Source: Alphaproteobacteria bacterium
GTDB lineage: Bacteria > Pseudomonadota > Alphaproteobacteria > MPNO01 > UBA830
Length of the DNA stretch: 64,000 nucleotides
Reading direction: 5' to 3'
Assembly (NCBI GenBank): GCA_964291215.2
Contig: OZ219791.1
Span: 704,001-768,000 of the forward strand
This document shows, in pieces, positions 51,993 through 62,704 of the stretch; positions within the stretch are counted from its first letter, which is position 1; the number at the start of each line of letters is the position of its first letter. A model generated the notes under the pieces. It searched no databases, was not told the DNA's origin, and saw nothing but the letters and a program-made list of their open reading frames with translations. Position numbers and translations under genes: made by a program.

Positions 51993-52786
51993 AGCCCCCG
52001 GCGTCGAGCCGGCGCGACAGGCTGCGGGCGATGCTGGCCGACCTGAAGATGCCCGGCGCGCTGGAGGCCGTCGACGGCATCCTGTCCGAAGCCGACGGCG
52101 GCTTGATCACCGCGGCCGAGGCCATCCAGCAGTTGCTGAACGCCCAGATCGTGCTCCGCAACAACCGCAGGCTCCAGACCGCCATGCGCTCGTCCAGGCT
52201 GCCCGCGGTCAAGACGCTCGACCAGTTCGACTTCGCCTTCCAGCCCAGCATCAAGCGCGAGCAGATCGAGAGCCTACACGAGCTCGGCTTCGTCGACCGT
52301 CGCGAGAACGTGATCCTGCTTGGTCCGCCCGGGGTCGGCAAAACGCATCTGGCCATAAGCCTCGCGATCGCCGCGGCCGAAGCTGGACGGCGCGTCTACT
52401 ACGGCACGCTCGCAGGGCTGATCGACTCCCTCACCGAGGCCAAGGCCGCCGGCAACCTGTCCCACCGGCTGCGCGTGCTCACACACCCGGCGCTGCTGGT
52501 GGTCGACGAGATCGGCTACCTGCCCGTCAACCAGGACGGCGCCGTGCTCTTCTTCCAGCTCATCAACGCCATGCACGAGAAGGCATCGACCGTGCTGACC
52601 TCGAACAAGGGCTTCGAGGACTGGGGCGGCGTGCTCGGCGACGAGGTCATGGCGGCGGCTCTCATCGACCGCCTGGTCCACCACTGCCACATCGTCAACA
52701 TCCGCGGGAACTCCTACCGGATGCGCGATCATCAGAACCTGTTGCAGTCCGGCTCGGACCGGCGACGCAGGAGGGCCGCGGCGTGA
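51989..52786 (+). CDS. istB: IS21 helper ATPase
   Basis: GPPGVGKTHLA, VVDEIGY and DRLVHH; ATGA overlap with istA. Confidence 0.95.
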   Translation: MKPPASSRRDRLRAMLADLKMPGALEAVDGILSEADGGLITAAEAIQQLLNAQIVLRNNRRLQTAMRSSRLPAVKTLDQFDFAFQPSIKREQIESLHELGFVDRRENVILLGPPGVGKTHLAISLAIAAAEAGRRVYYGTLAGLIDSLTEAKAAGNLSHRLRVLTHPALLVVDEIGYLPVNQDGAVLFFQLINAMHEKASTVLTSNKGFEDWGGVLGDEVMAAALIDRLVHHCHIVNIRGNSYRMRDHQNLLQSGSDRRRRRAAA

Positions 52787-52826
52787 TCGTCGGTCAAAAC
52801 AAAAACGACAACCGTGACGGCCGCCC

Positions 52827-52894
52827 GCTATGGATAACCGGGTTGGCGCCGCCTGACTCGTGGCGGTCGCTGCGCCAACCCGGTTACCCACAGC
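52827..52894. repeat. 23-bp inverted repeat in the IS21 3' region
   Basis: GCTATGGATAACCGGGTTGGCGC pairs with GCGCCAACCCGGTTACCCACAGC (2 mismatches). Confidence 0.75.
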
Positions 52895-53115
52895 TCCACC
52901 GAGGCCCACTCTCCCAGCACCGTGCCGGGCGAAAGGGGTCAAAGACAAAAGTGAGCAATTTTCACTTGCCAAAAATGCGCAATTTTCGGCTGCCATTGAC
53001 ACCGTTGTGTTCGGTTCCTCGATAAGGAAGTGCAATGGAATGGGGATGGACGGGCTGCGCGTCTCGGGCGCGAGAGAATCCCCGCGTTCCGGCAGGGGTT
53101 TGTAACAGCGGCGAG

Positions 53116-53591
53116 TCAGGCGCGCGCGCAGCGTAGCGGCAGGGACCGGAGGCCGCGCAGCACGATGTCGTTGCGATAGTTCGGGCGTCCGCCGAGCAGG
53201 TCGATCCGCGCGAAGCGCTCCAGCAGCATCTCGAACGCGATCCTTCCCTGAAGGCGGGCAAGCGGCGCGCCGAGGCAGTGGTGGATGCCGCGCCCGAGCG
53301 AGAGGTGGGGACAGTTGGCGCGGCCGACGTCGAGGCGGTCGGGCTCCTCGAAGATGTCGGGGTTCCGGTTGGCGCCGCCGAGCACGACGGCGATGTTGTC
53401 GCCGGCGCGGAGCTCGATCCCGTTCACCGCGCAGTCGGCGCGAACGCGCCGGAACGTCGTCTGCACCGGGAAATCGTAGCGCAGCAACTCCTCGACGGCC
53501 GCTGGCATGAGGCCCGGATCGTCACGGAGCCGGACGAGCTGGTTCGGGTGGTCGAGCAGCGCGAGCATGTCGTTGCCGATCAGGTTGGTGG
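53116..53591 (-). pseudogene. cytochrome P450, C-terminal part only
   Basis: TNLIGN end of the I-helix, EELLRY (ExxR), GRGIHHCLG heme motif; cut at the intron 3 boundary. Confidence 0.88.
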
Positions 53592-55232
53592 GAGCGCCAG
53601 GCTAACTGGTAGGATGTCGCCGGGTGAGAGCCCCGGCAGGAAGAAAGGCTAACCACCACTTCCTCCGTGAGCCATGCGTCGTGAGGCGTCAGGCGAAGCG
53701 TTGGGGAGCGGCAAGCCGGGCTATTGAGCCACGAGAAACTGTGAAACCGGAGTGCCGAGGTCGTCCACCAGGCCGAAGGCAACACCCTGCGAGCCGCGTT
53801 TGGTGAGGCGAGCAGGGGCTCCGCGGGGTCTGAGAACCATGGCTGAAGCAGGGACCTGGGAGGTCTTGCCCCACTGTCGTAGAGGGGTCGCAGAGGAAAG
53901 GAACTATTCCGTAACCCGATGATGAACGAGAAGTCAGATTCGGCCATAGTACCGTCGAAGGCGGCGAACAAGGGTCCCTCGGAGCCTGCGGAGCTGCTGG
54001 AGGGAAGGGAAATGCGGTTGGCCCGCGCCGCGCGCAGAAGCGGGGGTCACAGGCGGCCGAACGCATACGACAAGTTGCGAAGAGGAATCCGGAAGAGCGT
54101 CTTGTGACGTTGCTCCACCACGTGATGTCCTGCACGCGGCGTTTCACTCCTTGAGAAAGGACGCGGCAGCGGGCGTGGACGGAGTTACGTGGCACGCGTA
54201 TGCGGAAGGTGTGGAACTGGTCGACCTGCCGTGTGCACAGGGGCGGGCGCCTCCGTCGGGTATACATACCCAAGGAGGGCAACGACTGCTTGCCTCGGAC
54301 AAGATTCTTCAGCGGGCAGTGACGGACACGATTCTGGTACCGCGAGACGGAGTTCCTCGGGTTCAGTTATGGTTTCCGGCCGGGACGCACAATGCGCTCG
54401 ATGCAGTCACGGTGGAACGGCGGAAGGTCAACTGGATCGTTGACGCCCCTTCGACAACCGCGACCACCTGGTCGCGATGCTCGAGAGACGGATCGGGGGG
54501 TCTGATCATCAAGTGACGCTGGCGTCATGGAGCGACACCGGTGTTGGTTCGCCGCAGGGCGCAGCCCCTGCCTGGCGAACGTTTACCTGCACTACGTGAC
54601 TGGTTTCAGAACCACTGGCGCAAACGGATGACTGACACGATCATCGTGCGTTATGCGGATGATTTTGTGTGCGGCTTCCAGGATCAGGGCGATGCGAAGC
54701 GCTGGGACCTCGAGGAGAGGTTGGCTCACTTGAACTGCACCCGGACAATCATCGAGTTCGGTCGGTTTGCGAGAGCGAACCGCCGGAAGCGGGGGCAAGA
54801 CGTTCGACTTCCTCGGTATGACGCACTATTGCGAGCAGACGGGGAAGGGCAAGTTCAGGGTTGGCCGCAAACCATCCCAGAAACGGGCACCCTGCGGCGG
54901 ATCAAGGAGGCGCTGCGCAAGCGGTGGCACGACAATCGGCACAAGACGGCCAAGTGGCGAGTGATCAAAGGCTGCTACTACGCCGTTCCGGGAAGCAGTG
55001 AGTCCCTGCAGGGGTTCATATACCAATGCAAACGGCTGCGTGCCCTTCGGCGGCGTTCCCAAAAGGATCGCACCGAATGGAGGGACATGGACACCCTCAT
55101 CGAAGCTCACTGGCCTAAGGCCAGCATCCGTGGCCAAACCAGCGCCTTGTCGTCAGGGGAGGAGCCGGATGCGAACAGCGCAAGTCCGGATATGTGCGGG
55201 GGGACCGGGGAAACCCGGTTCCCTACCGCGAT
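53592..55232 (+). mobile_element. group II intron copy 3, degenerate
   Basis: 5' GAGCGCCAGGCTAACTGG (variant of GTGCG); IVRYADDFVCGF; ends CCCTACCGCGAT; homologous to copies 1 and 2. Confidence 0.88.
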
Positions 55233-55498
55233 AAAAGAATGCGGGGCTCGCTGTCTTCACCTTGCCCGATGCTCACCGCAAGCGCATGCGAACCTCGAAC
55301 GGCATCGAGCGGCCGATTCAGCAAGAGCTCAAGCGGCGCACCTCCAAAGTCAGGGTCTTTCCGAACCTCGCCTCGTTGGAGCGCCTCTCAACCGCAGTCC
55401 TCATCGACGAAAAATGGGAAACCGAAACCAAGGCATACATCAAATGGGAACGGCTCGATCAGCTTCACGACAATTTCCAGACATCAGGTTGCGTAATC
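55233..55498 (+). mobile_element. IS256-family transposase 3' fragment with right end
   Basis: HRKRMRTSNGIERPIQQELKRRT.KVRVFPN..SLERL. Confidence 0.8.
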
Positions 55499-57116
55499 CA
55501 ATCCACACAGCCAACCGCTCAAAAGCGCGGTTTTCCGCCGATATCCCGCCGTTCTGAATCGCCGTCAACACCGTATCGTCCACCGCGACGAGATTACGGT
55601 CCTGAACATCCACAAGCCCGTCAGACGGCGCCAACCGCGTGGACCTCCCGACCCCGAACCAACCATCGAAGCCTTCGTCGTCGATGTCGCACGCCTGGCA
55701 GGCTTCATCCCCAGCAAACGCCAACCCCTGCCGGGAACCCAGAAACTCTGGTGCGCCAGGCGAACTGGCAGAAGGTAGGGGGTGTAAGTCCCCCGAAACG
55801 AAGGAGTAGCCAAACCACGTTTCTCCGCGAGCGTCGGTCCCCGTGAGGGGGCGGGCGAAGCGTCGGTAGCGGTGCGGATGGGCGGGGCTAATGAGCACCG
55901 AAAAAGAGATGATTCGGGGTGCCGAGGCTTTCAGAGTGGCCGAAGGCAACATCGCAGACATCGATATGGTGAGATGAGCCCCGCGGTGTCCAAGAACCCG
56001 TCCGTACGCCTTCTGTTGGGGCCCTGGGAGATCTTCAAACTATCCCGCCTGTCGGGACCGTGTAGGGAAAGGAGAAAGCCTATGACGAACGGTTTGAAGA
56101 AGAGGCCCTGTGAAGGCGGCGAACAAGGAAGCTTCTGCGGAGGAGGAAAGGGCCTCAACCAAGGGGAATTCGGGACGTCGAAGCACGCGCCGAACACAGA
56201 GTCGGGTGCCACAGGAGGCGGACCGGAGCTGCAAAGAGGAACCCGAAGGAGCGTGCGCTCTTCCACCACGCCGGATGCACTCCGGTCGGCCTGAAGAAGG
56301 AAGCCGCGGCAGGGGGCGTGATGGCGAAGATCTGGACGAGCGCCTGCTCGACTTGCACTCGCGCCTGCATCGAGGGGGAGCGTACCGGACGTCGCCGGGG
56401 GTGGAGATACCCAAGCCGGGATACGACCGCTTGCTGCACTGGAAGACAAGATCGTCCAGAAGGCAGTTGTGGATGTGATCCTGACACCGATCTACGAGGT
56501 GGAGTTCCTTGGCTACGGGTTCCGGCCGGGCCGAGGGACGCTCTCGACGCCTTGGCGTACGGGATCGAACGGCGCAAGGTCAACTGGATTGTTGATGCGG
56601 ACATTCGGGCATACTTCGACACAATCCCGAGGGATTGGTTGATTACGTTCCTCAAGTACCGCATTGGCGACAGGCGAGTGCTGATCCGCAAGTGGCTGAA
56701 CGCTGGCGTCATGGAGCGACACAGGTGTCGGGACGCCGCAGGGCGCGATTGTCAGCCCCTGCGAACATATTCCTGCACTACGTGCTTGATCTGTGGTTCC
56801 ACAAGGCGTCCGAAGGTTCCGGACGGCCAAGCGATCATTGTCCGGGACGATATCGTGGTCAGGTTTCAGCACAAGCGGGATGCGGAGCAATACCTTCGCG
56901 ATGTTCGGGAAAGGCCGCTTCGGTCTCGACCTGCACCCGGACAAGACTCGTCTTGTCGAGTTCGTCCGGTTCGCCATGGCGAACTGCCTGAAGCGCGGGT
57001 TCGACTTCCTGGGCTTCAGGCACTTCTGCACGAGGACCCGGACAGGACGGTTCAGGCTCGGTCGCAAAACGGGTCGCAAGGACCCTAGCGCGTATCGAGG
57101 AGGGGCTTCGCAAACG

Positions 57117-57814
57117 GTAACTGCTCACCCCTGCTGGTCATGGATTGCCGTTCCTGACGGCGTTCGGGGTCAAGCATCTTTTCTCGTCCCCTTCCCTCGC
57201 CGATTGCCGGAAACCGGAGGTGCGGGTTCCGATGGCAAGAACCGTTCCGGTCTTCGGCCGGTCTTGCTTTCCAGCCGGTGTCGCCGGGTCTGCAATGCGG
57301 TACCGAGCCCGCGGCGCGGGTTCCATCGTGCCGGCTGAGGAATCCGGCGGTGCAGCTTCAGATGTCCTGACCTCGGGATTCTGGCAGCCAAGAACCATGA
57401 GCTTCCGGCGGCCGTTCAGGCGGGCTTCGGAGGCAGTTCGTAGACCATGCGGAGCTCGGTTCCGGGAAAGCAGGTGCCGGTTTCGTTGAGTTCCTTCAGC
57501 AGCCCTGCGATGGCGGCGTTGCAGGCGGATCCGGGGATGCGCACCCGGAGGATCCCCGGTTCAGGTTCGGGGAGGATGTCGGCGTCGGCCTGCAGGAGGG
57601 CGCGGAGGGGTTTTCGCGGGCGCGGTTTCCTGCCCTGCTCCTTCGCCACGGCCGCCATCGTCCGGGTTTCGGCGCGGTAGGCGATCATGCGCAGGATGTC
57701 GAGCCGGTGCTTCTCCCGGAACGGAAGAGCATCGAGGGCCGGATCGGCGGCGAGTTCCTAGATGCGAACGCCGTCAGGAAAGGCGGCCAATGATCAGCAG
57801 GGGCGAGCAGTTAC
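57117..57814. mobile_element. non-autonomous IS66-type element (698 bp)
   Basis: About 50-bp imperfect IRs starting GTAACTGCTC; 8-bp TSD CGCAAACG at 57109-57116 and 57815-57822; no IS66 transposase inside. Confidence 0.85.
57358..57757 (-). mobile_element. right-end fragment of the same IS family as 8121..9338
   Basis: Identical end TCAGATGTCCTGACCTCG at 57358; ADADILPEPEPGILRVRI..FPGTELRMVYEL is homologous to the 8.5-9.3 kb ORF. Confidence 0.8.
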
Positions 57815-58489
57815 CGCAAACGATGGCATTACGACATATGGGAGGTTGGCAAATGGCGAGTCTGTCAAGGCTGGCTCAACTACTTCGCCGTTCCGGGTCG
57901 ATGGCTGTACACGTTCCGTCAGAGGCTGAAACGCCGGTGGATGCGGGCGATACGCCGCCGCTCCCAACGCCACCGCTTCAACTGGAAGCGATTGGAGCGC
58001 ATGACCGAACTTCTTTGGCCGCCCATCCGTCACCCATGGCCGGACCAGAGGTTTGTCGTCAAGCACCCGAGGCCGGATGGATTAGCGTCCAAGTCCGGAT
58101 CTGTGCGGGGGGTGCGCAGCAATGCGCATTCCTACCGCGACGCAGGGATACACACTCCTCCTCTACTTCGTCGAGCATCACAGAAAAATGCGGGAACACG
58201 ATATGCAGGAATCAGAGGCCTCGGTAGTGTCAGGTTGAAAGCCCCGGCACTGGCCGCATGAGATGAACAAATGGAAATGAGCCTACAACTGCCATACGAG
58301 ACTCTCACCCTCCTATTCTTGGTGATGTGAAGTGATCGGAGGCTCAACCGTGGCCTGGGTCGAGGTTGTGCCTGCGGTTTCGAGGTTCTGCTGACGCGTG
58401 CTCTTCTGTTGCGGCGACGCGTGCGGCGCCATTGGCCGGGTTTGGTGTGTCTGGGGTGCCGACCATGCGGCCCGGAGCCTCCTCCGCGG

Positions 58490-59404
58490 TCAGCCCAGGC
58501 ACCAGGCAAGGATGCCCTTCTGTGCATGCAGCCGGTTCTCCGCTTCGTCCCAGACGACGGACTGCGGACCGTCAAGCACGCCTGCTGATACCTCTTCCCC
58601 CCTGTGCGCCGGCAGGCAGTGCATGAAGATGGCGTCGGGTCCGGCGTGGGCCATCAGCTCCTCATCCACCCTGTAAGGCGCGAGCACCCGTTTCCTCTTT
58701 TCGGCCCCGGACTGGCCCATGGAGACCCATGTATCGGTGACCACGCAGTCGGCACCGTCGACAGCCTCACGGGGGTCTTCGTAGATCTCGACCGTCGCGC
58801 CTTCGCCACGCGCCCAGGCGACGCTATCCGCAGGCGGCGCGAGTTCGGCCGGACATGCAAGCCGCATGCTGAATCCGAAACGGCCGGCAGCCTCGATCCA
58901 CGTCCGTGCCATGTTGTTGCCGTCCCCGCTCCACGCGATCCGGCGGCTGCTGATATCGCCGCGATGTTCCTCGAAGGTCATGATGTCGGCCATGAGTTGG
59001 CACGGGTGCGAGCGGTCAGTCAGGCCGTTGATCACCGGGACGCCGGCGCCTGCCGCGAGTTCTCGGAGCACCGCATCGTCGGCGGTGCGGATCATGATCG
59101 CGTCGACATAGCGCGACAGCACCCGCGCGGTGTCGTTGACGGTCTCGCCGCGTCCGAGCTGCATTTCCGTTGCCGTCATCACCACAACGTTTCCGCCGAG
59201 CTGCTTCATCGCGATCTCGAACGAGACCCGGGTGCGGGTCGACGGCTTCTCGAAGATCATCGCGAGCGACTTGCCGGCAAGAGCCCGGGTTCCGGGATCG
59301 TCCGTCCCGTTGCGCTTGAAGCCGGCGGAGGCATCGAGGATGCGCCGGAGGACTGGCGCCTCGATCGCCGAGAGTTCCAGAAAATGTCGTGGCGCCGCCG
59401 TCAT
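58490..59404 (-). CDS. argF: ornithine carbamoyltransferase
   Basis: [21 protein letters not shown] and FMHCLPAH. Confidence 0.96.
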   Translation of the reverse strand: MTAAPRHFLELSAIEAPVLRRILDASAGFKRNGTDDPGTRALAGKSLAMIFEKPSTRTRVSFEIAMKQLGGNVVVMTATEMQLGRGETVNDTARVLSRYVDAIMIRTADDAVLRELAAGAGVPVINGLTDRSHPCQLMADIMTFEEHRGDISSRRIAWSGDGNNMARTWIEAAGRFGFSMRLACPAELAPPADSVAWARGEGATVEIYEDPREAVDGADCVVTDTWVSMGQSGAEKRKRVLAPYRVDEELMAHAGPDAIFMHCLPAHRGEEVSAGVLDGPQSVVWDEAENRLHAQKGILAWCLG

Positions 59405-60585
59405 CTGGCAACGTTCTGGAAACATTCATCGAGTATCGCGACCGCCTCGCGGCAGTGGCTCTCCGCGGCCACGAGGGGAGGAAGAAGGCGGACCACATTG
59501 TCCGCCGCCGGCACCGTCAGCAGGCCGCGTTCGAAGGCGGCGGCCACGATCTCGGCATTAGGAACGATGCATTTCAGCCCCCACATCATGCCGACGCCGC
59601 GCGCCTCGGCGATCGCTCCGGGGTGTCGTTCGGCAAGCCGGCCGAGCTCGGCGCCGAGGAAGCTGCCGGTTGCCGCGACGCCCGCGAGAAAGCCGTCTTC
59701 GAGCAGGATGTCGAGCACGGCATTGGCCGCTGCCGCCGCGAGGGGGTTGCCTCCGAACGTGCTGCCGTGGGTTCCTGGCGTTATGCCGTCGGCCGCGGCC
59801 GCCGTTGCCAGGCAGGCGCCGATGGGAAAGCCTCCGCCCAGCCCCTTGGCAAGGGCCATCACGTCCGGCTCGACGCCGGACAGCTGGTATCCCCAGAGCT
59901 CGCCCGTGCGGCCGACGCCGGTCTGCACTTCGTCGAATATCAGCAGCAGCCCGTACTCGTCGCAGGCCGCCCTGAGATCCCGCAGGAACGCCGGATCCGT
60001 CGGGCGCACGCCGCCCTCGCCCTGGACCGCTTCGACGATGATTCCCGCGGTCTCCTCGCTGATCGCGTTCCGTACCTCGTTCATGTTTCCGAAAGCGACA
60101 TGATCGAAGCCGTCCACCGCTGGGCCGAAGCCGGCGCGATGGGCGTCGCTGCTGCCGGCCGAAATGGTTGCCAGTGTTCGGCCGTGGAAGCTACCGTCGA
60201 ACGAAATCAGGCGGTAGCGCTCGGGATTGTCGTTGTTGCTGTGATGCTTGCGCGCGACCTTGATGCTGGCCTCGACCGCCTCGGCGCCGGAATTGCAGAA
60301 GAACACGGTGTCGGCGAAGGAGTGTGCGGTCAATCTGTCCGCCAGCCTTTCCTGGCCCGGGATGCGGTACAGGTTGGAGGTGTGCCAGAGACGGCCGGCC
60401 TGTTCGGTGAGCGCCGCGACAAGATGCGGATGGTTGTGGCCGAGCGATACGACCGCCACGCCAGCCCCGAAATCGAGGAATTTCCGGCCGTCGGCGGCAA
60501 GGAGGTAGACGCCGTCGCCGCGCTCGAACGCCACGTCGGTTCGCGCGTAGGACGGCATTATCGCCCGGTTCGCCACTTGGCTCAC
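59401..60585 (-). CDS. argD: acetylornithine aminotransferase
   Basis: [27 protein letters not shown] and HGSTFGGN. Confidence 0.95.
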   Translation of the reverse strand: MSQVANRAIMPSYARTDVAFERGDGVYLLAADGRKFLDFGAGVAVVSLGHNHPHLVAALTEQAGRLWHTSNLYRIPGQERLADRLTAHSFADTVFFCNSGAEAVEASIKVARKHHSNNDNPERYRLISFDGSFHGRTLATISAGSSDAHRAGFGPAVDGFDHVAFGNMNEVRNAISEETAGIIVEAVQGEGGVRPTDPAFLRDLRAACDEYGLLLIFDEVQTGVGRTGELWGYQLSGVEPDVMALAKGLGGGFPIGACLATAAAADGITPGTHGSTFGGNPLAAAAANAVLDILLEDGFLAGVAATGSFLGAELGRLAERHPGAIAEARGVGMMWGLKCIVPNAEIVAAAFERGLLTVPAADNVVRLLPPLVAAESHCREAVAILDECFQNVAR

Positions 60586-60701
60586 GGCCTGTCTCCCGTT
60601 TCTGTGTCAATGGGCCCCGGGACCGGGGCGGCTCGAATATGTTCACGCTGCTGCCCGCTGTCAATCGACTGCGGGGCGCGGGATCCCCGGCGCGGCGGCG
60701 G

Positions 60702-61775
60702 TCAGGGCTCAGCCGCGGCTCCCGTCGCGTCGGCCTGTTCCGCGGCTGCGAGGCGCCGTCTGACCGGGAAGAGCTGCAGGTTGTAGCGCTGCGACACGTA
60801 GCCCCAGATGCCTTGTGGCGCGAACAGCATGATGGCGATCGCCATTGCGCCGAGCAGCATCAGGTACCAGGTCCCGTAGTCCGAGAGATAGTTCTGCAGG
60901 ACGAAAAACACGAGTACGCCGATGATCGGCCCCTCAACGGTGCCGATGCCGCCGATGACGACGATGAAGATGACAAAGGCGGTCCAGTCGATGACCGAGA
61001 ATGCGGCGTCGGGAGAGATCCGCGCCTTCTGGAAATAGATCAGAGCGCCGGTGATGCCGGTGCCGAATGCGGCAACCACGAACACCCAGAGCTTGGTCCT
61101 GAAGCCGCGTACGCCGAGGCTGCCCGCCGCCGCTTCCGAGTCCCGTATCGCGGCGAGGGCGAGCCCGTGGCGGGAGCGCAGGATCGCGCAGACGAGCACA
61201 ATGGTCCCCGCGGCGAGCAGCAGCGCAAGCCAGTAGGCCTCGATGTCGCGGGCGGCCGAGGTGCGCACGCCGAACAGGTCCTTGATGAAGTCGAGGCCGT
61301 AGATCCCGCTTGTCGCGCTGCGCGGCAGCGAGGTGCCGGTGCCGCCACCGACGCTCTTCCATTGCGCGAGCACGAGGCGCGCGACCTCCGCCGCGACCCA
61401 GGTGCCGATGGCGAAATAGGCGCCGCGCAGGCGGAAAATCACGAGCGCCGTCGGCACCGCCAGCGCCGCCGCGACGAAGCCGGCAAGCATGACCGCGATC
61501 AGCGGATCGAGACCGTACAGGATCGTGGCCGCGAACAGCGTGTAGCCGCCGAGACCAACGAAAGCCTGCTGGCCGACGGAAACCAGGCCGGCATAGCCGG
61601 CGAGGAGGTTCCAGTACTGCGCCAGCGCCAGCATCGTGAACACGAAGAAGAGATCCTGGATGATGCTTCGGGAAACAAAGGCCGGAGCGACGATCAGAAG
61701 CACGAGGAGGCCGGCGCCGGCCAGCGCGGTGGCGGACGAGAGGCGTGTGCGCGTTTCTATGCGGAAGCGGGACAT
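60702..61775 (-). CDS. branched-chain amino acid ABC transporter permease (LivM-like)
   Basis: WNLLAGYAGLVSVG, RLRGAYFAI and AIRDSEAAA. Confidence 0.9.
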   Translation of the reverse strand: MSRFRIETRTRLSSATALAGAGLLVLLIVAPAFVSRSIIQDLFFVFTMLALAQYWNLLAGYAGLVSVGQQAFVGLGGYTLFAATILYGLDPLIAVMLAGFVAAALAVPTALVIFRLRGAYFAIGTWVAAEVARLVLAQWKSVGGGTGTSLPRSATSGIYGLDFIKDLFGVRTSAARDIEAYWLALLLAAGTIVLVCAILRSRHGLALAAIRDSEAAAGSLGVRGFRTKLWVFVVAAFGTGITGALIYFQKARISPDAAFSVIDWTAFVIFIVVIGGIGTVEGPIIGVLVFFVLQNYLSDYGTWYLMLLGAMAIAIMLFAPQGIWGYVSQRYNLQLFPVRRRLAAAEQADATGAAAEP

Positions 61776-61780
61776 GGGCT

Positions 61781-62650
61781 TCAGTCCACCGCGCGCGGAA
61801 ACAGCCCGCGCGGCCGCAGTACCAAGATGACCAGGAACACCACGTGCCCGGAGAGAATCTGCCATTCGGGATTGATCTTCGCGCCGATGGTCTGCGCCAC
61901 CCCGAGAATCACGCCGCCGGCGAGCGTGCCCCAGAGGCTGCCGAGGCCGCCGATGATCACCGCCTCGAACGCGTAGAGGAGGCGGAATGCGCCAATCGTC
62001 GGGTCGAACTGGGCGCGGTTTCCAAAATAAAGCGCCGATATCGCGACGACGACGAAGGCCACGGCGGTCGCGATGGCGAATATCCGCCGGTTGTCGATGC
62101 CCATCAGCTGGGCGGTCGCCGGGTCATCCGAAGTCGCCCGGAAGGCGCGCCCGAGTTCGGTCCGGTACATCATCCAGTTGAGCGCGACGATCGCCGCGAC
62201 CGCAGTCGCGAAGGTCATCAGTGGAAGGACGCCGACGGCGATGCCGCCGCCCAGCGACCATGACGCGGTCTCGATGTCGAAGGCCTGCAGCCGCCGGCTG
62301 TCGGCGCTGAAGCTCTCGAGGAGGCCGTTCTGGATGACGATCGAGATGCCGAAGGTCACGAGAAGCGGCGGCAGGATGTCGCGGCCGAGCGTCAGGTTGA
62401 GCAGGTAGCGCTGCGTCGCGTAGCCGAGTGCGAACATCACGGGCAGGACGGCGGCGGCGGCCAGGAACATGTTGGCACCGAACGAGTCGGCGACCAGGAG
62501 GATGAGGAACGCCGCGAGCACGATGAGGTCGCCGTGGGCGAGATTGACCAGCCGCATGATGCCGAACATCAGCGACAGTCCCGCTGCGAACAAGGCGTAG
62601 AGCCCGCCCAGCAGGACGCCCTGCAGGATCGCGTCAACCCAGCTGAGCAT
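61781..62650 (-). CDS. branched-chain amino acid ABC transporter permease (LivH-like)
   Basis: GLSLMFGIMRLVNLAHG, GRAFRA and LRPRGLF. Confidence 0.92.
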   Translation of the reverse strand: MLSWVDAILQGVLLGGLYALFAAGLSLMFGIMRLVNLAHGDLIVLAAFLILLVADSFGANMFLAAAAVLPVMFALGYATQRYLLNLTLGRDILPPLLVTFGISIVIQNGLLESFSADSRRLQAFDIETASWSLGGGIAVGVLPLMTFATAVAAIVALNWMMYRTELGRAFRATSDDPATAQLMGIDNRRIFAIATAVAFVVVAISALYFGNRAQFDPTIGAFRLLYAFEAVIIGGLGSLWGTLAGGVILGVAQTIGAKINPEWQILSGHVVFLVILVLRPRGLFPRAVD

Positions 62651-62704
62651 CGTTCCACCCTGCGTGGTGACTGGCCGGTTCCGGTGAAGGCCGTCGGTGA
62701 ACGG

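Larger units (their letters stand above)
50847..53001 (+). mobile_element. IS21-family element, apparently intact
   Basis: TG..CA ends with repeated subterminal motifs; CCGT duplicated at 50843-50846 and 53002-53005; contains istA-istB. Confidence 0.9.
55751..58141 (+). mobile_element. group II intron copy 4 (related, more divergent), interrupted by an IS66-type MITE
   Basis: 5' GTGCGCCAGGCGAACTGG; KVNWIVDADIRAYFDTI, ANIFLHYVLDLWF, LHPDKTRLVEF; ends CCTACCGCGAC. Confidence 0.88.

Noticed and set aside
30579-58141. RT fragments as a retron, DGR or defence-associated RT
   Set aside because: Each lies between a GTGCG-type 5' end and a DV/DVI-type 3' end, so they are group II intron ORFs; no msr/msd or TR/VR pair was seen.
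58142-58480. Possible gene or ncRNA between intron 4 and argF (also 55499-55750)
   Set aside because: No convincing ORF, motif or structure could be supported by eye.
58604-61976. Long plus-strand ORFs (499, 465, 445 aa) and similar ones at 10533..12032, 8152..9921, 1055..2350
   Set aside because: They are antisense shadows of well-supported genes in high-GC DNA and contain no motifs.
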